A DNA stretch of 64,000 bases. Origin: Planktothrix sp. GU0601_MAG3. Lineage in GTDB: Bacteria > Cyanobacteriota > Cyanobacteriia > Cyanobacteriales > Microcoleaceae. A model generated the notes under the pieces. It did no database searches, had not been told where the DNA came from, and saw nothing but the letters and a program-made list of their open reading frames with translations. Below are positions 1-11,670 of the stretch, piece by piece; the stretch's first letter is position 1; each line of letters begins with the position of its first letter. The position numbers and the translations under genes were made by a program. The DNA is taken from contig CP136572.1 of NCBI GenBank assembly GCA_035193785.1, forward strand, positions 896,001 through 960,000, read 5' to 3'.

Positions 1-146
1 TGACGGCATCGGTGGGGTTTCCGACGTTGCGTTTGGTGAGGGTGGCGATCGCCCATTTAAGATTAACAGGACTCGCGCCCGGTGAATGGCGAGATTTAAC
101 CGAGGTTGAATTGAAACAATTAAAACAAGTCTTAGGAAATTATTAA
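1..146 (+). CDS. C-terminal part of an rRNA pseudouridine synthase (RluE-like), truncated by window start
   Basis: Frame from position 3 reads TASVGFPTLRLVRVAIAHLRLTGLAPGEWRDL...NY*, typical RluE/RsuA-family C-terminus; stop at 144-146. Confidence 0.8.
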   Translation, partial: TASVGFPTLRLVRVAIAHLRLTGLAPGEWRDLTEVELKQLKQVLGNY

Positions 147-187
147 TAATATTTCATCCTTCAATGTTTCCTACGCATCCGTATCCT

Positions 188-215
188 GTAGAGACGTGCC
201 ATGGCGCGTCTCTAC
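188..215. repeat. 28-bp GTAG-flanked REP-like palindrome GTAGAGACGTGCCATGGCGCGTCTCTAC
   Basis: Imperfect palindrome between convergent genes; related copies at 3804, 25295, 48146 and a half copy at ~63484. Confidence 0.85.
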
Positions 216-280
216 ATGGAGTTTAGGGACATAAATTTCAGGATTTTATATAAAAATTCCCTAAAATTAAACCCTAATTA

Positions 281-1274
281 TTAATTGGGTTTTCCCCCTC
301 CAATTAAATATAAGAGTGCCATTCTTACGGCAATTCCACTGGTCACTTGTTGAGAAATTAAACTAAATTCTGGATCATCCATTAATTCAGAACTTAATTC
401 TACTCCTCGATTTACTGGCCCGGGATGTAATATTTTTACATGAGGTTTACAGGCTTTTAACCGTTCGTGGGTCAGACCAAATAATTGATGATATTCGCGT
501 AAACTGGGTAATAAATGGGCGGTCATCCGTTCTTTTTGTAAGCGCAAAGTCATCACAAAATCGGCATTTTCCAAAGCCTCGTCTAAATTCCAATGTAAAA
601 ATAATTTACCCGGGCGATTTTTGCCAAATTCAGCAAATAATTCTGGGAGTAAAGTTGGGGGGGCGGCTAAGTGTAATTCCGCTTGGGTGGCGGTTAAACT
701 CCAAATATTAGAACGGGCGACCCGAGAATGTAAAATATCTCCGACGATCGCTATTTTTTTGCCATTTAGTTGTTCAATTTGCGGGTGATCCGGGTCAAGA
801 ATGCGGCAAATGGTGAATAAATCTAAGAGTGCTTGGGAGGGGTGTTCGTGTTGACCATCGCCCGCATTTAAAACCGCTACTTTTGCATTTAAACGATCTA
901 ATTCGGCGGCGATCGCAAAGGGAACTCCCGCCTCTTTATGGCGAATTACCATCATATCCGTCCCCATGGCTAAATAGGTTTTAGCGGTGTCGAGAATGGT
1001 TTCTCCTTTGCTGAGGGAGGAAGTCCCGGGGGCAAAATTTAGGGTATCGGCGGAGAGTCGTTTGGCGGCCAGTTTCAAAGCTGTTTCGAGTCCGGGTTGA
1101 GGGTTCAAAAAATAAATTAGCCACCACCTGACCTTGGAGGGCGGGGACTTTTTTGGTGCGGCGACCTAAGACTTCTCGAAAGCTAGTGGCGGTTTGTAAA
1201 ATGGTATTATATTCCGTCGCCGTAAAATCAGCTAGGGATAAAATGTGGCGGCGAGTCCAGGGAGCAGTAGCCAT
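281..1274 (-). CDS. pyrB: Aspartate carbamoyltransferase catalytic subunit (one +1 frameshift at ~1072, probably a sequencing error)
   Basis: [31 protein letters not shown] motifs split over ORFs 981..1280 and 281..1108; joined by removing one base from GTTTC. Confidence 0.95.
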
Positions 1275-1441
1275 TGTCAAATAATTAGCAATTATAGGAT
1301 TTTGGAATCAAAATTTGAGGTTTAAAATCATCGGGACTTTGATCCAATATTTAATTATACTGGGTGATCGTTCAAAGCGGAATAGAAACCTCAAGGCTTG
1401 AACAACAAACTAACAGTTATTTTTAGAATACCCTTTGAACC

Positions 1442-1960
1442 ATGAACAGTATCCAATCTTTTTTGACCGTTGGTATCCTCAGTGTTACTATTCTTAGCTT
1501 AAGTAGTTGTAGTACCCCTCCGGTAGAAACTGAAAGCTCACCGACACCTACAGCCACTATTTCCCCTCAACCGACCCCTGAACCTCAAAAACAAGCTATT
1601 TCTCCGGCTAAGACGGTTCCCTTGACCATTTATCAGGTGGATACTCAATGTTCTGAGTTAGTTCCTCGACAAATTACGGTTCCCAAAGAACAGGCTTTAG
1701 AAAGGGCGATCGCAGAGATTTTAGAACAACAAAGTAGTTCGGATTTTACCTTGAATTATCGCATAAAAGTGGAGCCAGAAAAACAGATTGTGACGATTGA
1801 TTTTCGGGTTCCAACTAATGCAAATCGGACGTTTAATTCTTTATCTAGTTGTGAACAATTGGCTTTATTTGGCAGTTTACGCAAAACTATTACCAGTAAT
1901 CCTAATTGGCAAATTAATCAGGTGATTTTTACCGAACAGGGAGAAGAAATTGCCTTGTGA
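1442..1960 (+). CDS. Lipoprotein with GerMN-like (sporulation/spore germination) domain
   Basis: Signal peptide with LSSC lipobox, Pro/Thr linker, SLSSCEQLALFGSLRKTIT motif typical of cyanobacterial GerMN-like proteins. Confidence 0.6.
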   Translation: MNSIQSFLTVGILSVTILSLSSCSTPPVETESSPTPTATISPQPTPEPQKQAISPAKTVPLTIYQVDTQCSELVPRQITVPKEQALERAIAEILEQQSSSDFTLNYRIKVEPEKQIVTIDFRVPTNANRTFNSLSSCEQLALFGSLRKTITSNPNWQINQVIFTEQGEEIAL

Positions 1961-1961
1961 A

Positions 1962-2004
1962 AGGGAACAGGGAATAGGGAATTACGAATTACGAATTACG
2001 AATT
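1962..2004 (+). repeat. Heptamer tandem repeats (GGGAA(C/T)A, then ACGAATT)
   Basis: Directly visible after the stop codon. Confidence 0.85.
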
Positions 2005-2073
2005 GGGGTATGTATTTTTATAGTGTTATTATCGGGAAAATAATGATCAATTTTTCTGTTTTTACAAATAATC

Positions 2074-3087
2074 ATGTCTAATCTTTCCGAATGGACTCTA
2101 TTACATACCCAACTCCATCGTACCCTACGCGCTCGGAATATTTTACCTCCATTTCAACGGTTATTAGTGGCGGTATCGGGGGGACAGGATTCTTTATGTT
2201 TAATTCGATTATTATTAGATTTACAACCCAAATGGCATTGGCAAATTGCCATGGTTAATTGTGATCATCGTTGGCGCTCTGATTCCCAAGCCAATACCGA
2301 TTATATTGAACAATTAGCTGATAGTTGGCAAATTCCCTTTTATCGAGAAACCGCCGCTATTATTCCCGCTACGGAAGCCGCAGCTAGGGAATGGCGTTAT
2401 CAGGTTTTAACTGAAATTGCTCAAAGTAATAATTATCCCTATATTGTCACAGGTCATACCAAAAGCGATCGGGCTGAAACTCTACTTTATAACTTAATTC
2501 GAGGCAGTGGTGCTGATGGTTTACAAGCCTTAACTTGGCAACGTCCTCTTAATTCAATCTCAACAAATGCGATAATTTTAGTTCGTCCTTTATTAGAAAT
2601 TACTAGGGAACAAACGGGGCAGTTTTGTCAAGAAAAAGCCTTAAAAATTTGGCTAGATAGTACCAATAATGATTTACACTATGCTCGAAACCGTATTCGT
2701 CAAGAACTTTTACCCTATTTACAAACCCATTTTAACCCCCAAGTCGAATCCCATCTAGCCCAAACCGCAGAATTATTGCGATCGGAAGTTAACTATTTAG
2801 AAGAACTCACAGAAACCCTATTTCAACAGGTAGTATTTTGGGAAAATAGCAGTCAAGACCGATTAAAAATAAATCGTTTAGCCCTGCGTCAAACCCATGA
2901 AGCCCTACAACGCCGAGTTAGTCGAAAAGTCTTACAAAAAGTTATGCAAAAATCTGCTAATTTTGAACAAATTGAAAAATTAACCGCCTTAATTATTGCT
3001 CCAAATCGTACCCAAACTGACCCTTTTCCTGGGGGTGCGATCGCCATTGTTGACGGGGAGTGGATCGTCTTTCATCTTGCCAATTAA
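2074..3087 (+). CDS. tilS: tRNA(Ile)-lysidine synthetase
   Basis: AVSGGQDS PP-loop, GHTKSDRAET, DSTN, RNRIR motifs. Confidence 0.95.
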   Translation: MSNLSEWTLLHTQLHRTLRARNILPPFQRLLVAVSGGQDSLCLIRLLLDLQPKWHWQIAMVNCDHRWRSDSQANTDYIEQLADSWQIPFYRETAAIIPATEAAAREWRYQVLTEIAQSNNYPYIVTGHTKSDRAETLLYNLIRGSGADGLQALTWQRPLNSISTNAIILVRPLLEITREQTGQFCQEKALKIWLDSTNNDLHYARNRIRQELLPYLQTHFNPQVESHLAQTAELLRSEVNYLEELTETLFQQVVFWENSSQDRLKINRLALRQTHEALQRRVSRKVLQKVMQKSANFEQIEKLTALIIAPNRTQTDPFPGGAIAIVDGEWIVFHLAN

Positions 3088-3252
3088 TTGATAGAATTAC
3101 CGAACACTTGATCTACCCAATTTTCTAGGTAAAAATGGGATAGGAGTTGAATCTTATTCTCTCGATAACTTCTAATACAATTGTTAAGAAACCCTATCCT
3201 TTGAGAAATTCAACCCTACAATGCACAATAGCACTATAAAAAGGAGCCTTCC

Positions 3253-3797
3253 TATGGCCTATGTATGCGAGCTAGGGACAGGTCAAAGCGTTTATTTAGA
3301 AAATCAGGGCGCACAAACTGTTGTCACCCTCATTAGCAGTGGCCCTGGACAACAGCAACAAGCAAGCAGCAGTTTTACAACCGGAGTTTGGACTTCGCCC
3401 CCCCAGGTGTTCCGAACTCCCCATGGTCTGGTGCTCAAAGTCATATCCGAACTAGGGGAAAGAAGCCTACAAATTCAGGGGACTAGCGTTAGTGTTCTGG
3501 GTGAAATGCCCTCGGTGATGGACTCTCAACAACTCACGGTTCAGGAGGTCACGAGTACACCCGTTTCTCCACTGAAACCGATGGAAACCGATGAAAATGG
3601 AACCCATGAAACCCATGAACCTAAAAATGGGGGATATGCAGATGAACATGAACCCGATGTCTATGCGAATGGGGAATATGGAACTACGAATGGGGTCGGG
3701 TGCACCGGAGGCGAGTCCTAAGTCCTTTTGTAGTCAATGTGGGACATCGGTAAAACCGGAAGACCGATTTTGTTCTAATTGTGGCCATCAATTGTAG
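3253..3797 (+). CDS. Cyanobacterial zinc-ribbon domain protein with Met-rich linker (frameshift ~3584)
   Basis: MAYVCELG start; after repair PMEPMKMEPMKPMNLKMGDMQM...FCSQCG...RFCSNCG. Confidence 0.8.
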
Positions 3798-3803
3798 GGA
3801 AAT

Positions 3804-3831
3804 GTAGAGACGTGCCACGGCGCGTCTTTAT
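3804..3831. repeat. Degenerate GTAGAGACG REP-like palindrome
   Basis: GTAGAGACGTGCCACGGCGCGTCTTTAT. Confidence 0.75.
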
Positions 3832-3863
3832 TCGTGATCAGTTAACATTTTATCTCTGAAAAA

Positions 3864-6800
3864 ATGTCTATTAAAGTCAATCTTAACCACCAGATTTCCT
3901 ATCAGTTTGAACGTCCGGTTATTCTTGGCCCCCAGACCATCGGATTGCGTCCCGCTCCCCATTGTCAGACACCAATATTAAGTTATTCTCTAAATATTTC
4001 CCCCTCCGAATATCAACTGACCTGGTTACAGGATCATTATGGCAATTTTTGGGCTAAGGTTAACTTTCCCCAAACCACCGATTATTTTAAAATTGAAGTA
4101 GATTTAATTGTCCAAATTCAACCGATTAATCCCTTTAATTTTTTAATTGAAAGCCACGCTACCAACTATCCTTTTGAATATGAACCGCGTCTAGTAAAAG
4201 AACTCAGTCCATTTTTAGAAATTACAGAATCGGGAGAATTACTAAAAAATTGGGTAGAACTTCATCGTCAACAGGATGTTTATACCTCTAATTTTTTACT
4301 CGATTTAAGCCAAAAACTATCCCAAGATATCCAATATCAAATTAGGTTAGAACCCGGTATCCAAACCTGTGAAGAAACCCTGAATAAAAAAATCGGTTCC
4401 TGTCGAGATACGGGATGGTTATTAGTTCAAATTTTACGCCATTATGGATTAGCGGCTCGATTTGTTTCTGGATATTTAATCCAACTTAGTAATGATATTC
4501 CGCCCTTAGATGGGTTGCCAGGGCCAGTTTATGATAATGCTGATTTACACGCCTGGGCTGAGGTTTATATTCCGGGTGCAGGTTGGATAGGACTTGACCC
4601 CACCTCGGGTTTAATTATCGCAGAAGGTCATATTCCTTTAGTTTGCGTGGCTGACCCCCAGGATGCCGGGCCAGTCCAGGGAACTTTTGAACCCTGCGAG
4701 TCAAAACTAGACTTTTCGATAACGGTTTCTCGCTATCACGAAATCCCTAGAGTTACTAAACCTTATACGAAAGAACAATGGCAAAAAATTAATAATTTAG
4801 GCGAAATAGTTGAAGACAAATTACAAGGTTTAAATGTGGGTTTAACCATGGGAGGAGAACCAACATTTGTTTCGATTGATGATTTTGAATCTCCCCAATG
4901 GCGGATTGCAGCATTAGGAGAAGAAAAACGCAAAATTGCTGAACAACTACTCACCCGTTTAGAGGATAAATTTGCTCAAAAAGGTGGGTTAATTCATTAT
5001 GGATTAGGAAAATCCTATCCCGGTGAAGCCTCGCCCCGTTGGGCTTTAGGGTGTTATTGGAGAACAGATGGAATCCCTTTATGGCATAACCGAGAACTCT
5101 ATGCCCAGGGGGATAAAGATTATAATTATACCTCAAAAAATGCCCAGATTTTTATTGAATCCTTAGTGAGAAATTTAGGAGTTAAATCTGATTGTATTAT
5201 TTCAGTTTACGAACCAAATTCTAATATTATAGCTGGATATACATTACCAATTTTAGCAGTTAAAAAAGCAGAAAATATCCATTGGATTAGCTGTCAATGG
5301 CAACTTTCCACCCCCAACAAAATAGAGCTTTTAACAGGTAATTTACCTATAGGATTTCGTCTACCTTTAAGTTCTTTAAATTGGCAAGATAATCAACTTC
5401 AACATGAAGCAATTATTCCCTTAACTCATCCGCCAATTATTCCTAATTTTGAACCCTTAGAATCTCCAATTAATTCGATTCGAGTGGCTTTAAGTGTGGA
5501 AGTTAGACAGGGAAAAATTCACGTTTTCTTACCTCCTATTTCCTCCCCTCGGAGTTTTGTAGATTTAATTACGGCCATTGAAAATACCACCGCCCAACTT
5601 AAATATTCAGTCCTAATAGAAGGATATACACCCCCGGCTAATACCGGAATTATCGGGTTTCAAATTACTCCAGACCCGGGAGTTATTGAGGTTAATATTC
5701 ATCCCGCCTCTAACTGGCAAGAATTAGTAGAAATTACCACTATTTTATATGAAGAAGCCAGATTATCCCGTTTAGGAACGGAAAAATATCTATTAGATGG
5801 ACGACGAATTCCCACCGGGGGAGGTGCCCATGTTACGATAGGCGGAAAAACCGTTTATGATAGTCCGTTATTGCGTCGTCCCGATTTATTAAAAAGTTTA
5901 ATTACCTATTGGCAAAATCACCCCAGTTTATCCTTTTTATTCTGTGATTTATTTGTGGGGCCAACCAGTCAAGCTCCCCGGGTAGATGAAGCTAGACATG
6001 AAAGTTTATATGAGTTAGAAATTGCCTTTCAACAGTTACAACCCGAGGCTAATATCCCACCTGAATTAGTAGATAGATTATTAAGAAATTTATTAGTTGA
6101 TATTACCGGAAATACCCATCGTTCAGCTTTTTGTATTGATAAGTTGTATCCAATTGAGAACCCCAAAAATCAATTGGGGCTACTAGAATTTCGGGCTTTT
6201 GCCATGCCTCCCCATCCCCAGATGAACCTATTACAAATGTTATTAATTCGGGCATTAGTAGCCTGGTTTTGGGAAAAACCCTACAACCATTCGTTAATTC
6301 GTTGGGGAACTAATTTACATGATCGGTTTATGTTACCCCATTATTTAGGAGAGGATTTAAAAACAATTATTCGGGACTTAAAAACCGTTGGTTATGAATT
6401 TCAATTTGATTGGTTTGCTCCTTTTATTGAATTTCGGTTTCCCCGTTATGGAGAAATTACAAAAGAGGGGGTAGAATTAGAACTACGTCATGGAATTGAA
6501 CCTTGGCACGTTTTAGGAGAAGAAACGGTGTCAGGAGGCACAGCGCGTTATGTAGATTCCTCCATGGAAAGGGTGCAAATTCTATTAAGAAATGCCCTGG
6601 GAAATTCTGCCAATATTGATAGTTATTCGGCTCGATATATTGTTACCTGTCAGGGTCGTCCTATTCCTTTAAAATCCACTGGCAATCCAGGAGAATATGT
6701 TGGTGCGGTTAGGTTTCGGGCGCGACGGTATACCTCTTTATTACATCCCTCTATTGATCCCCATGATCCTTTAATTTTTGATATTATTGATACTTGGTCA

Positions 6801-7029
6801 GACCGATCTATCGGGGGTTGTACTTATTTTGTCAGTCCGCCCAACGGCAAAATCTATCAACAATTTCCGATTAATTATCGAGAAGCAGAAGGTCGAGTGT
6901 TAGAAACGATTTGTCGCCATGGGTCACACATCTGGATTAATCAAACTTCCACCTTTACACTTAAATCCCGAATATCCTTTAACCTTAGATTTACGCCAAA
7001 TTCCCTATCCAACTAACCCACATAGTTAA
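3864..7029 (+). CDS. Transglutaminase-like domain fused to a DUF2126 (putative amidoligase) domain; frameshift ~6903
   Basis: GSCRDTG, DLHAWAEVY, LDPT catalytic motifs; GGEPTFVS, TPDPGVIEVN, GPTSQAPR; repaired end ERFVAMGH...PEYPLTLDLR. Confidence 0.9.
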
Positions 7030-7310
7030 AATAACTCCCCGATAAGCGTAGGTTTTTCACGCCTGAGACAACGCCAATTAACTCATCCTGAGCATCTTTG
7101 GTGTGTCGGAAAATGTCTGTGTCCGAAGCATGGAAAGGAGATACTCCTAAAACATAATCATTAGAATTGCCAAACAATTGAATCGTGTCCTGATGTTTAT
7201 GAAAATCTTTAATCAGTGCATAATCCTTGACTACAGGGGACAATAAATCCCCATCATCGTAATACACCTGATTTTTGCCCAGGATGAAAGAATCTTTCCG
7301 GTGTTCCCTA
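7013..7310 (-). pseudogene. C-terminal remnant of a hemolysin-type/RTX Ca-binding secreted protein, 5'-truncated
   Basis: KDSFILGKNQVYYDDGD...DYALIKDF...DTIQLFG...DELIGVV, typical cyanobacterial RTX-protein tail; no plausible start, and the frame runs into a repeat end at 7312-7325. Confidence 0.6.
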
Positions 7311-7456
7311 GTGCGTAGCGCTATATCAGTCTGAAGGAAGATTCTTTTTTCTGTGTTTGCTATTAATATTTGTACAGATAACTAAGCCAACTGCAAAGAA
7401 TCATTATAGTTCAATTCAGTTTATTTAGCTGTAATCAAGCCAATACGGAGCATATC

Positions 7457-7639
7457 ATGAGTTTAGAAAATCGCGTTAAAGCAACCGCAAAAAATATTGA
7501 AGGTAAAATTCAAGAAGCCGTGGGAGATGTGACTGGAGATCCCCAAACTCAAGCAGAAGGAAAAGCCAAGCAAGCCGAAGCACAAGTCCGTCATAGCGTT
7601 GAAGATGTCAAGGATAAAGCCAAAGATATCATTGACTAA
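7457..7639 (+). CDS. CsbD family stress protein
   Basis: MSLENRVKATAKNIEGKIQEAVGDVTGD...EGKAKQ; GGAG RBS upstream. Confidence 0.9.
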   Translation: MSLENRVKATAKNIEGKIQEAVGDVTGDPQTQAEGKAKQAEAQVRHSVEDVKDKAKDIID

Positions 7640-7644
7640 TTAGT

Positions 7645-7695
7645 GATCAGTTATCGGTCATCAGTTACCAGTTATCAGTGAAGAAGTTATCAGTC
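7645..7695 (+). repeat. Degenerate TTATCAG heptamer repeats
   Basis: ATCAGTTATCGGTCATCAGTTACCAGTTATCAGT...GTTATCAGT. Confidence 0.65.
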
Positions 7696-7844
7696 TGTTA
7701 AATATTACACTGACTACAGATTACTGAATTGAATATTTCAATGCCAATATTTTAAGGGCAATTATAGTATTATTATTTGTGAGACTGGCTCGGTTTATCC
7801 CTAGTCAGATTTTTCTATATTATGAAATATAAAATTTAAAATCA

Positions 7845-8460
7845 ATGGAAGATCCCCAAAAGACTCGTGTTATTCCCGTGGGAATTATGGCAGGAATTGC
7901 CGCCTGCTTAATTGCTGTGGGCGCGGGGTTAAGCTGGTGGACATTAAGCTCCCGTTCTCCTAAAGAACCCGTTGTTTCCTCCCCAACCCCCACCTTACCA
8001 CTGCCCAACCCCTCCCCATCGGCAACCGTTGAGAAAACCCTAGGAATTTATTGGGTAGAGGATAAAAACGGTCAGTTTGCGATTATTTCCCAACCCGTAC
8101 AAATTCAGGCCCAAAATGACCAAACGGTATTTTTAAGTATTGCCTTGGATAGATTATTAGCCGGGGTTTCCGCCCCGAAACCAATTTAGTGAAATTCCTA
8201 AAGGAACAAAACTTCTCAACTTAACCACCAACAACGATAACGTTTATGTGGACTTATCCCCGGAATTCACCCAGGGCGGGGGGAGTGCATCCATGACCGG
8301 ACGCTTAGGGCAAATCGTTTATACTTCCACGACCCTTAACCCCAATAGCAAAGTTTGGCTGTCCGTTGGAGGGAAACCTTTAACGGTATTGGGGGGAGAA
8401 GGCCTAGAAGTTCCGCAACCGATCACCCGTTCAACCTTTGATCGGGAATTTCAGTTTTAA
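7845..8460 (+). CDS. Membrane-anchored GerMN domain protein (frameshift ~8177)
   Basis: N-terminal TM helix; repaired ...SEIPKGTKLL...VDLSPEFTQGGGSASMTGRLGQIVYT. Confidence 0.85.
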
Positions 8461-8528
8461 GGAGACTGGAGAACACCTGGGTTGATTTTTGATCTCGGTG
8501 GCTATGGCTGGCCATGGGATTTGGTAAT

Positions 8529-9068
8529 TTAATCCGGTTTGATTTTAATTAATGGCTGGCCATATTCAACGGAGGAACCATTCTGAATTAAAATTTCCAT
8601 TACTTGGCCAGAAAATTCGGCCTCAATTTCATTCATCAACTTCATGGCTTCAATAATGCAAACGCTCTGACCCGTAGAAATGCGATCGCCAATTTCCACA
8701 AACGGCGGTTCATCCGGCGCAGGAGAACGATAGAAAGTTCCCACCATCGGGGAAGTGATTTCGACCCACTTTGACTCCGCCGAAAGGGGTGGATGAGTAG
8801 CCACCGAGGGCGTTGCTGGGGTAGCTGTAGTGAGAGCTTCCCCCACCGGAGGGGTGACCGCAGTAGGTATCACCGGAGACGACACCAACTGTGAACTAAC
8901 CCCCGCACCTGTTGACAGCGTTTCAACCGGGGGCAAAGCCTGAGATCCGGGTGAATTTTCTTTCCGAACGGTCAGTTCAAAATCTGCGCTTTTGAGCGTT
9001 AGCTCTGAAATGTTGGTTTTATCGAGATCAGCCAGCAGTTCACGAAGCTGGTTCAAATCTAGTTGCAC
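8529..9068 (-). CDS. accB: Acetyl-CoA carboxylase biotin carboxyl carrier protein
   Basis: SPMVGTFYR and EAMKLMNEI biotinylation motif; GTG start; downstream of efp as is usual in cyanobacteria. Confidence 0.95.
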   Translation of the reverse strand: MQLDLNQLRELLADLDKTNISELTLKSADFELTVRKENSPGSQALPPVETLSTGAGVSSQLVSSPVIPTAVTPPVGEALTTATPATPSVATHPPLSAESKWVEITSPMVGTFYRSPAPDEPPFVEIGDRISTGQSVCIIEAMKLMNEIEAEFSGQVMEILIQNGSSVEYGQPLIKIKPD

Positions 9069-9186
9069 AGTTGGTATGTCTCCCCTAAATTTGCAGTCTA
9101 TTTTGATTCAGTCCGTTGGGTATGTGTTTGACCCATCGCCCAACAGTCCAAACCGCTTAAATACGAAATCATAGTTCGGCGAGTTT

Positions 9187-9745
9187 TCACTCTCGACCTT
9201 GGTAGCTATCGGTGCGGGTATCAATCCGAATCCGTTCCCCCTTAGTAATAAATAGGGGAACCATCACTTGAGCACCTGTTTCCACAATAGCGGGTTTTGT
9301 ACCCCCCGTGGCGGTATCTCCTTTGACTCCGGGATCGGTTTCCACCACTGCTAAGGTGACGGAGTTCGGGAGTTCTACTTCCAGAAACCTGCTCTCCCCA
9401 ACGAACCACGTTAACGGTCATACCATCTTTAAGATATTTAACCCGATCGCCAATTTCAGATTCCTTCAAACGGGCTTCTTCATAGGTTTCCATATCCATG
9501 AAAACGAAGTCTTCCCCATCTTTGTAGGTATGTTGCATTTCACTTTTTTCCAGGGTCGCTTGAGGAACAGTCTCTCCCGCCCTGAAAGTGCGCTCTACCA
9601 CACTGCCCGTCTGTGAGTTTTTGAGCTTTGTCCGCACAAAAGCAGAACCTTTTCCGGGCTTAACGTGCAGAAATTCTATTACACGCCAGACTGAACCATC
9701 TAATACAATCGTGACACCTGTGCGAAAGTCGTTACTGGAAATCAT
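9187..9745 (-). CDS. efp: Elongation factor P (frameshift ~9384)
   Basis: [12 protein letters not shown]; after repair [18 protein letters not shown]...[12 protein letters not shown]. Confidence 0.95.
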
Positions 9746-9898
9746 GCAAGCTAATACCTGGGCAGAATAATCGGCATCCTATTTTACCCCGGAATGGTGA
9801 ACAGAGGATTAATTTTTTTCCCGTGCCAACGGCCTAAATAGTGGCAAGATCAGTATAGAGAACAAAAGTTAAGATTTATGTTGCATTTGTCCAATTCC

Positions 9899-11011
9899 AT
9901 GAGAAACACCTATAAACATTGGTTGAGAACGGGTTTAGTGGCTGTGCTGCTATTTACCCTATCGGTGGGTCTGAGTGCCGCCTGGTGGGAGGGTGACAGT
10001 TCCCCAAAACGGGAAAGTATCCTACCCCAAGGAAACGCTATCACCGACGGTCAAGCCCTATTACGCTATGCTCTGCCCATTGATAACGAAGCGGCGAGAA
10101 AAATTCAAGCGAGTTTAGAAGGCATTAAGTCCCAACTGCGGGGAAAACGCTGGAGTAATATTAATGGCAATATCACCACCGCTTCTCGGATTTTAGCCAC
10201 CAAAGAGGCGGAATTATTGGCCAATATTCCCGAAGAACACCAGCCCCAAGCCCAGGGTTTAGTTGAACAAATTAAACAGGATATTGATAGTTTGCGGGCG
10301 GCGGTGGAAGTCAAAGATCCGCAAACCCTGTTATTAACCCAGGGTAAAATATTAGATAACATTGGCACGTTAGAAGAATTAATGGTTAAGGAATTTCCCT
10401 TTGAGGTTCCAGCAGAATATTCTAATTTGCCTCAATTAAAAGGTCGGGCTACCATTGAAATCAAAACTAATAAGGGCGATTTAACAGTGGTGGTGGATGG
10501 TTATAGCGCCCCGGTGACGGCGGGTAATTTTGTCGATTTGGTGCAACGGGGATTTTATGATGGCTTAAAATTCATTCGTTCAGAAGAATCCTATGCCCTA
10601 CAAGTCGGAGATCCTGAAGGCGCGGACGATGGTTTTATTGATCCTAAAACTGGAAAATATCGGGGTATTCCCTTAGAAATTTTAGCCCAGGGGGATCAGG
10701 AACCTATTTATAACACCACCTTTGAAGAAATTGGTCGTTATCAAGATCATCCGGTCTTACCCTTTTCTGCCTTTGGAACTTTAGCCTTAGCCCGTCCAGA
10801 AGCCATTCCTGATGGTGGTTCTTCTCAAGTTTTCTTCTTCCTATTTGAACCGGAATTAACTCCGGCTGGACTTAATTTATTAGATGGTCGTTATGCCGTC
10901 TTTGGCTATGTCACCCAAGGAAAAGAAGTGTTAGAAGAACTTAGAAAAGGAGATGTGATTGAATCGGCAAAAGTGATTCGAGGGGCTGAAAATCTTGTGC
11001 AACCCTCTTAA
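9899..11011 (+). CDS. Cyclophilin-type peptidyl-prolyl isomerase (TLP40/CYP38-like, lumenal)
   Basis: Signal peptide, ALLRYALPI, VDGYSAPVTAGNFVDLV, SSQVFF, LDGRYAVFGYV. Confidence 0.9.
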   Translation: MRNTYKHWLRTGLVAVLLFTLSVGLSAAWWEGDSSPKRESILPQGNAITDGQALLRYALPIDNEAARKIQASLEGIKSQLRGKRWSNINGNITTASRILATKEAELLANIPEEHQPQAQGLVEQIKQDIDSLRAAVEVKDPQTLLLTQGKILDNIGTLEELMVKEFPFEVPAEYSNLPQLKGRATIEIKTNKGDLTVVVDGYSAPVTAGNFVDLVQRGFYDGLKFIRSEESYALQVGDPEGADDGFIDPKTGKYRGIPLEILAQGDQEPIYNTTFEEIGRYQDHPVLPFSAFGTLALARPEAIPDGGSSQVFFFLFEPELTPAGLNLLDGRYAVFGYVTQGKEVLEELRKGDVIESAKVIRGAENLVQPS

Positions 11012-11098
11012 TTTAGGGTAAATTATTAACAATTAACAGAACCCATAAACTGTTAATTGTTAATCTCGTCTTTTGTTTAATTTATCTATATATTAATT

Positions 11099-11414
11099 AT
11101 GGCCATCCTAGAGTTAATTTCCGTTGCTGGTTTGGGTGTATTAGTAACTTTATTGATTGTTAATTTAGGAAATAGTCGAGAACAACAACGTCAATTAGAT
11201 TCGGCATTTTATCGATTAGTTGCAGCCCAAGGAGGTAAGGTATCCCTAATTCAACTATCAGCTTTAGCCGGAGTTAGCCCCGAATTCGCCCAAAAATATT
11301 TAGATCATCAAGTTCAAGTTTTTGCCGCATTCCCCGAAATTGATGACGAAGGAAACACCTTTTATCAGTTTCCCTAAATTACGTTTACCCCCTCGTTTGG
11401 AACGGGAATGGTAG
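11099..11414 (+). CDS. Hypothetical membrane-anchored protein (frameshift ~11368)
   Basis: N-terminal TM helix and winged-helix-like segment; repair of GTTTC extends it to [16 protein letters not shown]. Confidence 0.65.
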
Positions 11415-11670
11415 GGGGCAGGGGGAGCAGGGGGAGTAGGGGGAGTAGGGGGAGTAGGGGGAGTAGGGGGAGCAGGGGGAGCAGGGGAGGCAGGGGAGGC
11501 AGGGGGAGTAGGGGGAGTAGGGGGAGTAGGGGGAGCAGGGAGGCAGGGGGAGCAGGGGAGCAGGGGAGGCAGGGGAGGTAAACTCTTGTTATTACCCATT
11601 ACCCATTACCCATTCGTAATTCGTAATTCGTAATTCGTAATTACCCATTACCTATTCGTAATTCCTAATT
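11414..11670 (+). repeat. Compound tandem repeat: GGGGGAG(T/C)A 9-mers followed by TTACCCA/TTCGTAA heptamers
   Basis: Directly visible, about 165 bp G-rich tract then about 80 bp of heptamers. Confidence 0.95.

Noticed and set aside
11300..11599. Proline-rich ORF
   Set aside because: Translation of the 9-mer tandem repeat
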